Below, piece by piece: positions 35,266 through 48,319 of a stretch of 63,739 nucleotides of DNA (within the stretch, counting starts at the first letter, position 1; each line of letters opens with the position of its first letter). A program made the position numbers and the translations under genes. Where the stretch lies: contig NW_015168098.1 of the NCBI RefSeq assembly GCF_001447785.1, positions 62,001-125,739 of the forward strand, in the 5' to 3' direction. This DNA is from Gekko japonicus (Eukaryota). A model generated the notes under the pieces. The model made no database searches. It was not told where the DNA came from and worked only from the letters and a program-made list of their open reading frames with translations.

Positions 35266-38200
35266 GTAAGAGATTTTCTTCCTGCCTCTTTTGACTATGG
35301 TCAGATTCTAACATTTCTCCCTGCCAATGACAGGTTGCTCAAAGAAAGAAGGTGTAGGCTTGATCCATCCCAGAACCCTCCTTATCAATCGCATCCTGAA
35401 TCTTATGAGTGTTTTCTGTTTGCAGTACACACGGGATGTCCGATCTGATCAAGGGAATTCATGCAATTTTGTAGGGCATTTGTAGCAGTATTGCATCATA
35501 CAAGCTTATATAGGCAAAAATGGGGTCGTACATGTTACACCTCTGCCACAATCACTTCCTGAACACCGTTCTCCCTGCCCCATCATGCTAGAGTGCCGAT
35601 TTCACCCCCTTTGCAATATTCTGGCTGCTAATGAATTACAAGCCAAGAGGGTGACTGTTCTTTTGATTCATGATATAGTAGGGAAAACATGGCTCTCCTG
35701 TCAGAACACATCTCCACAACTGCAATGTACGAAATAGCAGGGTGTGCACCACATGCTGCAATAATTTGTGAGCCGCCCTGAGCCCGCGTTGCGGGGAGGG
35801 CGGGCTATGAATTGAAATTATAAATAAATAAAAATAAATAAATAATGTCACTGTGTGTGCATTTATATGACTGTTCACTGGAGACAAGAGACATTCTTGA
35901 CCCATTAGGACATGTAGTGTTGGAACCTGCCATGTTTTCCACTTGCTTTTGCCCAATTTCTTTTCTAACTGCAGTCCCTTTCCCATGTAATCTTTGTCCT
36001 CATGAGTTCAGTGACTCCCCTGCATACTCATTTGTGTGGTCATGTGTGTGTGTGTTATGTGTCAAGTGCCATTGAGTCCCTTCCAACTTAAGGAAACCCT
36101 ATGACCTCCCAAACATACTGTCTCAGGTCTTGCAAAGTGAAGGCTGTGGCTTCCTTGATTGAGCCAATCCATCTTATGTTGGTTCTTCCTCTTTTCCGGC
36201 TGCCTTCAACTTTTCCTACCTTTATTATTTTTTTCCAGTGACTCTTGACCTCATAATGGAAGTACGATAGCCTCAGTTTAGTCATTTCAGTCTTCGGAGA
36301 GGTCAGGCTTGATTTGGTCTAGAACCAATTTATTTATCTGTCTGACATTCCATGGTATCCATAAATCTCTCCTCCAATACCATATTTCAAAGGAATCTAC
36401 ATTTTTCCTATCACATTTCCTCACTGTCCAACTTTCACACCCATAGATAGGAACAGGGAATGCTATAGCATGAATTAACTTGATCTTGAGAGCCAGCTGT
36501 GGTGTAGTGATTAAGAGCGGTGGACTCTAATCTGTAGAAACGGGTTTCATTCCCCACTCCTCCACATGCAGCCAGCTGGGTGACCTTGGGTCAGTCACAA
36601 GTTAACTCAGAGCTGTACTCTCAAAAGCAGTTCTCTCAGCCACACCTTCCGCACAGGGTGTGGGGAGAGGAAGGTAAGGAGATTGTAAGCCACTCTGAGA
36701 CTCCAAGTGAAGGGCTGGTATAAATCCAACTCTCCTCCTCCTCCTCCTCATTCTTCTTCATTGCTAGCAGCACAACCTTACATGTAAGAATCTTTTCTAG
36801 CTCCTTCACAGTTACCCTCCCCAGTCTCAATCCCCTTCTGATTTCTGCTGTAATCTATGAAAGACAGGATGATTTTCTTCTGACATTCTCTTGTATGCTT
36901 CAGTAGTGGAAGTGAATTTGCAATATGATCTCTAGTGCCTCTTCCTTTTCTGAATCCAGCTTGAATATCTAGCATGCATGGTCTCTTTTGATATTTTGCC
37001 TAGAGGAAAAACTATTAGGATCCATATCATCACTTCTAAAGACCTTGAAAGTTGAGGCCTGAATACTGACATAACTAGAATCTGTTATTGCATATTGTTT
37101 TTAAAAATCCAAGGGGAAATAGAGGCCTTATTGTTGGAATGGCCATAATATAGCATAATGATAAAGCTGGTGTTCTGATACAATAATTATGATATGAGTG
37201 CTGAAGAAAAAGAACAAGCAACAGCAGGCACCATCAATGCAAGAATTTAAATATGCTGAAGTAATTAAAATCAGCATGAGAGTGCTCTGGTATTATTTTT
37301 AAAAATCCCATATTAAAGGACATGTAACTTTTGTTTACAGTATGGTGACAAAATTCTACCAGCAGATCCTGGCCTTGGCATTTGCTACCCATGAGATCAA
37401 TGGAAATCCCAAGATCTTGCCTAATGTCACTCTCGGCTTCCACATCTGTGATAGCTACCATGATATAAGGATGACCTATCGCACTATTCTGAATCTGCTC
37501 CATAAAGGTCATAGATATTTTTCAAATTATGAATGTGGCACTCATAAAAACCTAGCAGCCGTCATTGGGGGATATAGCTCTGACATCTCCTTTGGCATGT
37601 CAGACATTTTAAGTCTTCACAAGATTCCACAGGTAAGATCAGTGCACTAAACAATATGTGATTTTGTATTGTCTTTCCTTTTTGAGAGTTATGCAGTAAA
37701 GAAAGAGGCAGAAGTCTGAATGACTGCGACAAACAAAGGAGATAGGAAGGGAAACATAAAAAGTTAAAGTGAAGTACATTTAGCAGATCTATCTCCTATA
37801 GTCGTTTTCTAGAATTAGGACTATACAACCACAATTTGAGACAATTTAGCCAATTAAATAAAATCCAATTTTTTTTAAAAAAAACAATCAAATTCTGTTT
37901 GATTTCAACTTTTGCCAAACCTACAATATCCCTTTTCATATTCTTTCCTCTTAATAGATTAAGGTGGGTCACCATGTTGGTCTGAAGCAGCAGAACCAAG
38001 TTTGAGTCCAGTGGCACCTTTAAGACCAACACAATTTTATTCAAGGGATAAGCTTCCCTGTGCAAGCACTCTTCCTCAGATACATTCTGAGGAAGTGTGC
38101 TTGCACACGAAAGTTTATACTTTGAATAAAACTTTGTTGGTTTGCAAGGTGCCACTGGACTCAAACTTTCCTCTTAATACATCTTTAAAATCTTTCCTAT

Positions 38201-41200
38201 TACAAAGGGAAGGTGGAAGGTCCACCATTCCAGAAATGGAACTCTTATATCACATGAAAACAAAGCCCAAGCAAAACAATAAATGATGGAATCCTAGTAG
38301 GTGTGTTGATGAGATGGGCAAAGTAAGATAAAGGGAGGGACAACTACCTTAAATAGCAAGCCACCCAATCTCAAGAATGTCAGCTCTGCATAGGAACTCC
38401 AACTCAGCAGTTTAAGAATAATGTGTATATTTCATTTTCTGTTTTAGCTCACATATGGATCATTTGCTCCAGAGAACAAGGAGACAAAACAATCACTTTC
38501 TTTTTACCGCATGGTCCCAAACGAAACCCATATGTACACGGGGATTATCCGGTTACTTAACCATTTCAAATGGACATGGGTCGGGCTCTTTGCTGCAAAT
38601 GACAACAGTGGAGAACATTTTGTGCAAGCCATGGAGAATTTGCTTTCCCAGCATGGAATCTGTTTGGATCGCATACAGACAATCCCAAGCAAAGACCATT
38701 GGGATGACATGGATCCCATAATTTATTTATTTTTAAATATATGTTTATCTTTGACAGGTAGCAAAGCCAATACTTTTATCTTCTATGGAGACACAATGGT
38801 CCTAACAATATTTCTTACCGTTTTGTTTATAGGCAATCCCAGTAACAGGGAAAATGCATCACTAAGAAAAGTGTGGATTACGACAGTCCAGATGGATTTT
38901 GCTCTAACAGGCCTTCACAGAGCCTGGGATTTCCAGTTCTTCCATGGGACCATTTCTTTCACAATTCACTCAAATGAGCCTCATCACTTCCAGAACTTTC
39001 TTCAAGAGATCAAACCTTATCAGAGACAAGGAAATGATTTTCTCAAGGTATTCTGGGAGCAAGCTTTTGACTGCTACTATCCAAATGCCCAGGAACCAAT
39101 GGACATCAGTCAAACCTGTACTGGGGAGGAGAGACTGGAGAGCCTTCCTGGGCCTCTTTTTGAAATGAGCATGACAGGTCAAAGCTACAGCATCTACAAT
39201 GCAGCCTATGCCATAGCGCATGCTATTCATTCCATGTACTCATCCAGATCCAATCACGGGGGAATGATCAATGTTCAAATAGCAGAACTTCAAGCTCTCC
39301 AACCTTGGCAGGTAATGTCTACACTGGGAAATGTCTCTGTTGCCACAAATGTTAGTTTATCATACGATAAGTCCCATTTTTATAACATGAATCAATAATG
39401 AAATAATGGACAGATGGGTGAATCTTTGTGCATTCCCATTTATCGTGGTAGTTGGAGCCTGAAAAGCATAATGTGTAAATTTCCGCAAAGTGGCTGTACT
39501 CTCTGTCTGTTTCTATCTGAAAGTAAAGTCTATCAGCCGGGAATGATTTTGGTAAACCTCAACATTAAGGTGACATTTTTCTCCCTTTCCCCCCATTCCA
39601 CTAGATCCATTTCTTTCTACAAAGTGTTACATTCAACAATTCAGCTGGAGAAAGATTGTCCTTTAATGATCAAAGGGAAACGGGAGGTGGATTTGATTTA
39701 ATGAACCTGGTCACCTTCCCAAACAAATCTTTCTACAAGATGAAGATTGGAAGGGTAGATCCTAAAGGTTCCAAAGCACAGGAATTCATCATTCATGAGG
39801 ATATGATTGTGTGGCAGATGAGTTTTAACCAGGTAGGGATAGGATTTCAGGGAGGGATAGGAAACTCTTTGTTCTCTCTACCTGTATATTTTCTTGTGTG
39901 ATGAGGCTCAGTAACCAGTTCAGGCCACCTTTTGCCTTCCAAAACTATAGAAGTCATATGAAGATATATTTGTAGCTGCCTTATACAGAATTTGACCCAT
40001 GGTCCTACAAGATCAGTATTGTCCACTCAGATATCAAGATATGGATAGTGGATATCCAAGGTCTAAGGTCTTTCACATCACCTCCTGCCTGATCATTTTA
40101 CTTGGAGAAGCTGGGGATTTAACCAGGGACCTTTTGCATACCGAGCAGATGCTCTTCCACTGAGCCACTGCTGCACCCCAAAGTCCTGGCCATATGGCTC
40201 CTCCATTCACTCACTCTATGCACTAACAGGACATGTCCTCTGCCTCCATGTGATCAGCATCTCATCAGTGCTGTGCCTATGTATGGAATGAGAGTGGAGA
40301 TATTATCCCATTCCCCAGATGCTCTTCCACTGAGCCACAGCTGCACCCCAAAGTCTTGGCCATATGGCTCCTCCATTCATTCACTATGCACTAACAGGAC
40401 ACGTCCTCTGCCTCCATGTGATCACCATCTCATCAGTGCTCTGCCCACGTATGAAAGGAGAGTGGAGATATTCTCCCATTCTCAATCCCAGGAACATTCA
40501 CAAAGCATTGTCCCCAAGTCACGGGGAGGGAGCATGTGTGCACAGTTTCTCACGTGTAGACACAGTTTTGACCAGCTGCCAATTGTACAGAAGGCAGTCC
40601 ATGCTTGCGCCTTCTCCCTCTCCACCAGTTGACCAAATGCATGTACGGGTTGCATGTTTCAGGCTAGTGAAATATCAAAAGTGCTTGATAGCCCTCTCCC
40701 TTACAACTCTCAAAAACCATTGCCTATTTTCCATATATGTGAAGCGGTGTGAAACGTATTCCATGCCTTCATTACAATTAGGCAGCCATGTAAAAACTCT
40801 TCTCTAGGAAGAGACATTGGGAACAGTAGCCAATGAGTGTCTAGTCCCAAATTTTTGTGAGCAAAAAGCACACACATTTGAACAATTAAAATATAGCAAA
40901 ATCGGGAAGAGACTGAGTAATGTAAGCAGGGCTTATTTTCTGGGGGAATGCGCGGGAACGGAGTTCTGGAACCTCTTTGACAAAATTATTTTTAAAATGT
41001 TTAAAAGTTCATGAGCTTCAGTATACAGATTGAAAACTTCATTTCCCTCTTGAGAGTTCTGGCACCTCCCCCCCACCCAAAGCCCTGGTTGTAAATGTGA
41101 TATTTTTACTCATTCATCTACAGTCACCTATTTAGCAGTGAAATGATATCTAATTTCTCCTGTCTTAAACCACTTCCACTGTTTTATACAGGGGACACCC

Positions 41201-43156
41201 CATTCTGTGTGTAATGATTACTGCTATCCTGGCAGTCAGAAGAAAAGGAAAGAAGGGGAGAAGTTTTGCTGCTATGATTGTGCTCCATGCCCAGAAGGGA
41301 AGATCTCAAGCCAAAGGGGTAGGTGATGCAATGTGTCTTGTTTCTATGGAGGCTGTGAAGAAGGCAGGTTGATGGGAACAATGACAATGTCTCTCTCTAC
41401 ATCTCCCACTTCTCAGACTCCTACAGTATGTTGGACTGTCAGGAACCTTGACAAAACTTAGTTCCCAAAAGGTCTAAGGATCTTCTATCAGGAAGTGTAG
41501 ATGCTACATTTCTGATGAATCTTGATAAATGGGATTGTGCCAAAGCAGCATTCAAAGCACCTATTATAAAAGAGGGGGAGGATGTAGATCAGAACAGGAG
41601 AAGGGGGGAATACTGAGAACCAGACAAATTCTCTATTACCTTAGGTAAGCAAATGAAGCAATTCACCTGGTGTACAAAACTAGACATCTCAGCACAATTT
41701 GAACATCTCTGGGGAGAGAATTCCAGAGTCCTACTGCCACCATGGAAAATGACTTCTCTCCAGTGATACTTCCACTTGATTTGTGAAGGTGCACTCAAAG
41801 CGGATCGTCTGCAGAAGCTCTAAAATGATATCTGTGTCTGTTTCTAAATGCAGTGCTTAGCTTGGGTGGTGGTAGGAGGTAAGTATTAAACACCATGAGA
41901 ATTCACGTTCTGAACTGGCAATTAAGAATTGAGCACAACACTAGACATTTGACAATTTCCAGGCTGCCCCAAGTAGTTGAAATATCCATAATTCAGTGAA
42001 AATAGTATGTATGCCAATTGGCCAAAGTCTTTGCTTTGCAGGGAGAAAAAAAAGTATTGGTGACATAGAGGAATGTACAGGAGGAGTTCAAGATATAAAA
42101 CTAACTGTTCAAGTAGCTGGGTCCAAACAAAAAAAAACAGTAGTAGAAAGTTAATTTGAATAACGTTTCCTGCAGAAGTCACACATAAGGAAATTCTGAT
42201 CCAAGTCTTGCTTTTGTGATGTCATTCTTTTTTCTTCCTTTCCAGACATGGATGACTGCATCCAATGCCCAAGAGACCAATATCCAAGCAAATATAAAGA
42301 TCAATGTATTCCTAAGGCAATAAGCTTCCTTTCTTTTGAAGAACCTTTAGGGATCAGTTTGGCTTTGATTGCTGCTTCTTTTTCCCTCCTAACAGCTTTG
42401 GTATTGGCAACTTTCATTAAACACAAAGATACCCCAATAGTCAAAGCCAACAACAGGGATATCACCTATGTTCTCCTCCTCTCTCTCCTGTTGTGTTTTC
42501 TCTGTGCTTTGCTGTTCATAGGACAACCTAGGAAGGTCACCTGCTTTCTCCGCCAATCAGCTTTTGGCCTGATCTTCTCAGTGGCTGTGTCTTGTGTGCT
42601 GGCCAAAACCATTACTGTGGTGGTAGCTTTCATGGCCACCAGACCAGGAGCCAGCATAAGGAAGTGGGTGGGGAAAAGAACAACCAACTTCATTGTCTTC
42701 TCCTGCTCCCTTATCCAAGCTGTCTTCTGCACCATATGGCTAGCAACATCTCCCCCATTCCCAGATCTTCACACGCAACCACTAACTACAGAAATAATAG
42801 TAGAATGTAATGAAGGTTCTGTCATCATGTTCTACATTGTCCTGGGCTACATGGGACTTCTTTCACTCATCAGCTTGATTGTGGCTTCCTTCACCAGGAA
42901 GTTGCCAGACAGTTTTAATGAAGCCAAATTTATCACTTTCAGTATGCTGGTCTTTTGCAGTGTCTGGTTGTCTTTTGTTCCAACCTACCTGAGCACCAAA
43001 GGGAAATACATGGTAGCTGTGGAGATCTTCTCCATCTTGTCCTCCAGTGCTGGGTTACTGGGCTTTATCTTTTTCTCCAAGTTGTACATCATTGTACTAA
43101 AGCCTGAGCTGAACAGGAAAGAAGAAATAATAAGGAGAAAGAACTACAGGTGTTAA
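35051..43156 (+). CDS. V2R-D: intact six-exon vomeronasal type-2 receptor (Vmn2r26-like class C GPCR), 878 aa; exons 35051-35265, 37341-37632, 38448-39311, 39605-39832, 41192-41318, 42246-43156
   Basis: Signal peptide and [13 protein letters not shown] (exon 1), MVTKFYQ..KIPQ (exon 2), LTYGSF..MVPNE..QPWQ (exon 3), cysteine-rich CCYDC (exon 5), 7TM with [39 protein letters not shown] (exon 6). All introns GT-AG; exon lengths sum to 2637 nt with no internal stop. Confidence 0.93.
36040..36970 (-). mobile_element. RTE-BovB LINE fragments, interrupted by a Squam3 SINE
   Basis: [21 protein letters not shown] and [21 protein letters not shown]. Confidence 0.82.
36489..36759 (+). mobile_element. 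Squam3-like SINE nested in BovB
   Basis: gagagccagctgtggtgtagtg head; (CCT)n tail. Confidence 0.85.
37341..37632 (+). CDS. V2R-D exon 2
   Basis: tttacag|T ATG GTG ACA; [15 protein letters not shown]; CAG|GTAAG; 292 bp. Confidence 0.93.
37957..38166. mobile_element. Palindromic Penelope-derived non-autonomous element with two head-to-head hammerhead-like motifs
   Basis: Inverted arms 37998-38080 and 38086-38168; TSD tttcctcttaata at 37944-37956 and 38167-38179. Confidence 0.8.
38083..38120 (+). ncRNA. Minimal type-I hammerhead ribozyme-like motif (degenerate); mirror copy on the minus strand at about 38046-38083
   Basis: CTGAGGA-A-GTGTGC-TT-GCACAC-GAAA-GTTT-ATAC matches CUGANGA / stem II / GAAA / NUH. 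Confidence 0.6.
38448..39311 (+). CDS. V2R-D exon 3 (ligand-binding domain)
   Basis: [40 protein letters not shown]; 864 bp; AG/GT bounded. Confidence 0.95.
39605..39832 (+). CDS. V2R-D exon 4
   Basis: [34 protein letters not shown]; 228 bp. Confidence 0.92.
40146..40481. repeat. About 170-bp tandem duplication
   Basis: Copies start at 40146 and 40316. Confidence 0.88.
40927..41087. mobile_element. Short hAT-like MITE
   Basis: cagggct...agccctg termini; weak TSD. Confidence 0.5.
41192..41318 (+). CDS. V2R-D exon 5 (nine-cysteine domain)
   Basis: [42 protein letters not shown]; 127 bp. Confidence 0.92.
42246..43156 (+). CDS. V2R-D exon 6 (7TM domain)
   Basis: ORF 42248-43156 MDDCIQCP..seven hydrophobic helices..[18 protein letters not shown]. 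Confidence 0.96.
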
Positions 43157-43747
43157 GATTCCTATTATTTCTTTTTTTAAAGAAGTGGAAAAGTAATAAA
43201 AGTTATTGGGCCTGTGTGTAGTGGTATTTCCTGATTTGAGTTAGTATTTCCCAGTTAGTATTTCCAGACTGATTATAATAATTTTAAAAAATTGCCCACA
43301 GATCTGCATCAAGCTTTACTGTGCTATAGTTTAGTAATGTAATAATCATATGTAGTTGTGAAAACCTGTAGTTCTCCCAGGGACCTGGTAGAGGAAGGGT
43401 TGTGAGATATGAAAGAGAAGTAGGCATGTGGTTGTGATCACTGTATTTAAATCTGAGCCAGTCTGGCAAGACAAGGAGATAATTTGAACAAATAGCAGCC
43501 AACTCAAGACTGAGGCATTTCAAAGGTCATAGTGGCAGTTTCTCCTCAGAAGTCATTGAAAGACCGAGGCCCCTAAGAGGATTGGTTGGGAATAGGCCCA
43601 TAGCTACAGTGGGGCAATTTGGGGCTCTGCCCCTTTTCTTAATGGGACAGCCCCACAAGATTTTCCTTGAGAAGCAGACCAGCAGCATTTTATTCCAGGT
43701 ATAAGCTTTTGTGTGCCTGCACACTTCTTCGGAGGGGGTGGGAGAGC

Positions 43748-43803
<56 letters not shown>

Positions 43804-44113
43804 TGTTTAAGACCAACAATGTTTTATTCAGGGTGAAAAAATGGCTGTAAACACTAGCTATCTGTGGAACATTTTTCAAAACTGATCAGTCAATTAGTTT
43901 TGCCAACTCTGTGTTGGGAAATTACAGGAGATTTGGGGGTGGAGCAGAGAGGGGAGGGATGTCAGTGGGTTATAATGTCATTGGGTCTACCCATCAAAGC
44001 AGCCATTTTCTCCAGGGGAACAACATCTTTAGTCTAGAGATCACTTGTAAATCTGGAGGTTTCCAGGCTCCCCCTGGAGGTTGGCCACCCCTATCAGTCC
44101 CTGTTATTCACAC

Positions 44114-45042
44114 CTAGCCTTTGTACTTTCTCCTCTACAAAGTGAATCTACACTTGAAAGATTCATGACATAATTCATTCTTTGCCTTATCCCCCACCCC
44201 ATCTGCTCTATAAGGAGGATTCTGAGTTTGCTTTCCGTATGTATGTGAAAAAGTGAGCTATGACTTATGAAAGCACATATTGAAATGAATGCTGCTGGTC
44301 TTTAAGGTGCCACTGGACTTCTGTTGTACTTTACTTACAAGTAAACATTCTTAGAATCCCTGCACATAAGTCAAACACTGAACCATGTCAAAAGTGATGC
44401 AACTGATTTCATGTTAGTATTCATCTCCTGCCAGTGGCCCCACTAAGAAGCAGAGAAGGCCAGTGGTCAAATCTCCTCTACAAAATGAATGAGCACCTGA
44501 AAAATTAATGGCACAATTCATTCTCTGCCTTATACCCCCCCCCCCCCGCATCTCCTCTAGAAGGAGAAAGAACTATGGCTGTTAAGGTTCCTATTAATTC
44601 TTTTTTAAAGAAGAGGAAATGTAATGAAAGTTATTGATCCTGTGTGTAGTGGTATTTCCTGATTTGAGTTACTTTACATTTTGTCCTTCTGCCCAATTAG
44701 AATTTCCAGACTGATGGATCTGATCCAACATAATAATAATACAAAATTGCCTACAGACCTGTGTCAAGCTTTTCTGTGCTATAGTTAAGTAATAGTTGTG
44801 GAAACCTGTTGTTCTCCCAGGCCCAGGGGCCTGGTAGAGGAAGGGTTGTGAGATATGAAAGAGAAGTAGGCATGTGGTGTGTGATCACTGTATTTAAACC
44901 CCAACGAGTTTGGTAAGACAGAGAGATAATTTGAACAAATAGCAGCCAATCTAGTCAAGACTGCGGCATTTCAAAGGTCATAGTGGCAGTTTCTCCTCTG
45001 AAGTCATTGAATGACCAAGGCCTCTAAGAGGGTTGGTTGGGA
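44114..45042 (+). pseudogene. Internally deleted duplicate of V2R-D flanks (5' flank fused to last codons plus 3' flank)
   Basis: 44114-44474 resembles 34290-34658; 44561-45042 resembles 43132-43591. Confidence 0.75.
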
Positions 45043-45209
45043 AGTGCTCCAGAAGTTCTCAAGGAAACCCAGGGTGGCCCAGACAAGGATCAGCCACTAA
45101 GGCAAACATGTTCAGCCAGTGAACGTACTGCTTTTGACATCCATGATGACTTGTGAGCTGAAAATCAGAACTGGGATTATTTGGAAGGGGTCTGAAACAA
45201 ATCAGCCAT

Positions 45210-45872
45210 ATATCATAATGTCCCTGTGTAAATTAATGTTGCAGCCTCATTTGGAATATTGTGTACAGTTCTGGTTACCACACCTCAAAAAGAGATACTA
45301 TAGCATTGGGAAAAGAGCAGAAAAGGGCAAATAAAATGATTAAGGGTATAGAACACTTTCCCTATGCAGAAATGTTTTAAGAGGCTAGGGCTTTTTATCT
45401 TGGAGAAATGACGACTGAGATGTGACATGATAGAGGTTTAAAATTATGCATGGGATAGAGATGGTAGATACAGAAGTGCTTTTTCTCCCTTTGTCACAAT
45501 ACAAGAACTTGTGGGCACTCAATAAAATTAATGAACAGTAGGCTTAGAACTGATAAAGGGAAGTACTTCTTCACCCAATGAGTAATTAACATTTGGAATT
45601 CACTGTCACAGTGAGTGGTGGCAGGTACAAACATAGATAGCTTCAAAAGGGGATTGGATAGACATATGGAGCAGAAGTCAATGGCTATTAGGTCTCAATG
45701 TCTGGGGCAGTGATGCTCTATTCTCTTGGTGCTTGGGGGGGCAACAGTGGGAGGGCTTCTGGAGATCTGGCCCCACTGGTGGACCTTCTGATGGCACCTG
45801 GTTTTTGGCCACTGTGACACAGAGTGTTGGACTGGGTGGGCCATTGGCCTGATCCAACATGGCTTCTCTTAG
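45210..45872 (+). mobile_element. CR1 LINE 3' fragment
   Basis: PHLEYCVQFW.PHLKK; 3' end ttggactgg.tgggccattggcctgatccaacatggcttctctta. Confidence 0.88.
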
Positions 45873-46072
45873 GGTATGATGAGAATAATTATAGGTTGAA
45901 TGACCATACCCAACCCTGTTGGCAGGGACCCCCATGTAACATTCGGCTAATGGCCAAACAGATTCTTCAAATGATTCTTCAAATGATTATCACATTTCAA
46001 AATGCATCATTTGTGAAGAGCTGATTTCAGCTCCATGACTGTTCAAGCTTTGTAAATATTAGCCCCACAAAT

Positions 46073-46277
46073 CAATGTTCCCTCTAAGCCATGGAGTCTT
46101 TTGAGCAAAAATTCTACTTTGTGAGCCACTAGCATTGAAGTTGTGAGCGAGCAATTTGGCTGCTCTGCAGTTAGTTTGCTCTGGAGACATCCTTCTTGAG
46201 ATGAGACAAAAATGTGTGAGCCGGAGGATAAAAAACTGTGAGCTAGCTCACACTAACTCAGCTTAGAGAGAACACTG
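46073..46277. mobile_element. hAT MITE, same family as 23423-23628
   Basis: Collinear similarity; TSD cccacaa(a)t. Confidence 0.85.
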
Positions 46278-47297
46278 CCCACAATGGTGCTAATGTTATA
46301 CTCCTCTATATACTTTTTTAAAAAAGACTAAGTGCAGTCCTCTGCAGAAGAGCCTTTGAGAAAGGAGAATGAAGCTACTTTTTTTACTATCCATTATTGC
46401 TAATGGCTTTCTCTTAAGTTTTTTAATGTTTTTATTGTAATGTTGTAACATTTTAATAATGTATAGAATTTGGGGGCATTATCTTACTTGTTTGTTATTT
46501 ATCTGGAACATTAAAGCACAGTGATGGATCAATTTTTATGCTTTAGCAATAGATTCAACCATTACAAAACTGTTGAAAAAATGGCAGAGTTTTGTGTGTG
46601 TGTGTGCGCACGCGTGCATGCATGCACACGGTCACATACAAAGCTCACTCCAGTAAATATTAGCATATAAGAATATGCGCTGTCCCTTTACCTCCTGACT
46701 TCTCCTCCCATAAGAAAAAAATGAAAAGGAAAATTGACTAGGAAAGATTTACACAGTAGAATAATTTCCTAAACCAAGAAATTGGTCCCCTGGGAACCTA
46801 TAAGGTGCAGATCAGTATACATACATTCCAGTTCTGTAGTGATTCAGAGAAACAATATTTGGGTGGAAGGATGCACGAGTGACTGTCTAGGATCATTTAC
46901 ATTGGACACGGCCACAATATTGAGGACACTGCATAATTTGCAAGGTAAGTTATTTGAGGAACCTTTGAATGGTGGACCTTGTCTGAGTCAATGCTCAGCT
47001 TCATCTACCATGGAGAACAGCTAGATTCTAGTCCAATAGCACCTTAGAAACCAACAAGATTTTCAGGGTATGAGACTTGATGAGCCAAAGCTCCTTTTGT
47101 CAGAGTTTTGACTCTCCCAAATATATAACCCTGAAAATTTTGTTCATCTCCAAAGAGGTACTGGATTTGAATCTATCTGTTCTACTGAAGACCAACATGG
47201 CTAGCCTCTGAAATGATTTACCATGGAGAAGGACGAAGGACTGACCCAGACCGACTCCAAATAAGACCGGTGCTTGCAACTGTGAAAGCACAGGCTT

Positions 47298-48319
47298 TTG
47301 CCCGCCCCCCACATATCCTTGAATGGAAGCAGGGGAGCGGCGGAGCTTATCGGGGCCCAGCGGGGAGCATGGGCCTATCAGGAGGGATTGGCTAGCCAGA
47401 ATAGGTGACCAAAGCAAGGTAGTGGCCATTCCAGCCAATGNNNNNNNNNNNNNNNNNNNNNNNNNNNNNNNNNNNNNNNNNNNNNNNNNNNNNNNNNNNN
47501 NNNNNNNNNNNNNNNNNNNNNNNNNNNNNNNNNNNNNNNNNNNNNNNNNNNNNNNNNNNNNNNNNNNNNNNNNNNNNNNNNNNNNNNNNNNNNNNNNNNN
47601 NNNNNNNNNNNNNNNNNNNNNNNGAGCTCCCATCTCTAGTTCCAGCTCCTGCCAACCTAGCAGTTCGAAAGCAAGAAATTGCAAGTAGATAAATAGGTAC
47701 CACTTCAGTGGGAAGCGTTCCGTGCACCTTGGTGTTTAGTCATGCCGGCCACATGGCCACAGAAACGTCTTCGGACAGCGCTGGCTCTTCGGCTTTGAAA
47801 CAGAGATGAGCACCGCAATCCTAGAGTCGGATTCGACTGGCTTTCGAGCAAGGGAACCTTTACCTTTACCTTTAACCTGGTTAGGCCCATTCTGGGTAAG
47901 TGGGAAAAGCATGGGTTATGGGGGGCCTTATTTGTGTTGGCAAGCACCCCTAGATATCGGCAATAGGAGGGATCCTCAGACTGGGCACCTAGTGGCTTAG
48001 CAGTCCAGGATGCTCAGACTGGGGTCCATTCAGAGATGGGGGAGCATACGTCAAGCCTTAAGGCTTAGCAGTCATGGGCGAGGGGTGCTCCCACATCCCC
48101 TCTACGCATATAACATGCAGGCCGTGATGAGTGGGGTACGGAAGGATTCTGAACCTGGCTCTGAGCCAGGGTGGGTTTGCCCTGAGGAAGCCCGCTTTGC
48201 AGGTATAAGGTAACCCGTGCTTAATTTGATATAATAGAGGCAGATCAGCTTATGTATAAATAAATACCAATTTAACCCATGACTTGTGTACGTGTTTCAT
48301 TCAAGGGGTGGGTGGGCAA
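47298..48319. mobile_element. Unclassified GC-rich element with inverted termini, hosting a Sauria SINE
   Basis: ttgcccgcccccc....ccttgaatg versus cattcaaggggtgggtgggcaa; no TSD seen. Confidence 0.5.
47624..47873 (+). mobile_element. Sauria SINE (5' end in gap)
   Basis: Closely similar to 61995-62249. Confidence 0.9.
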
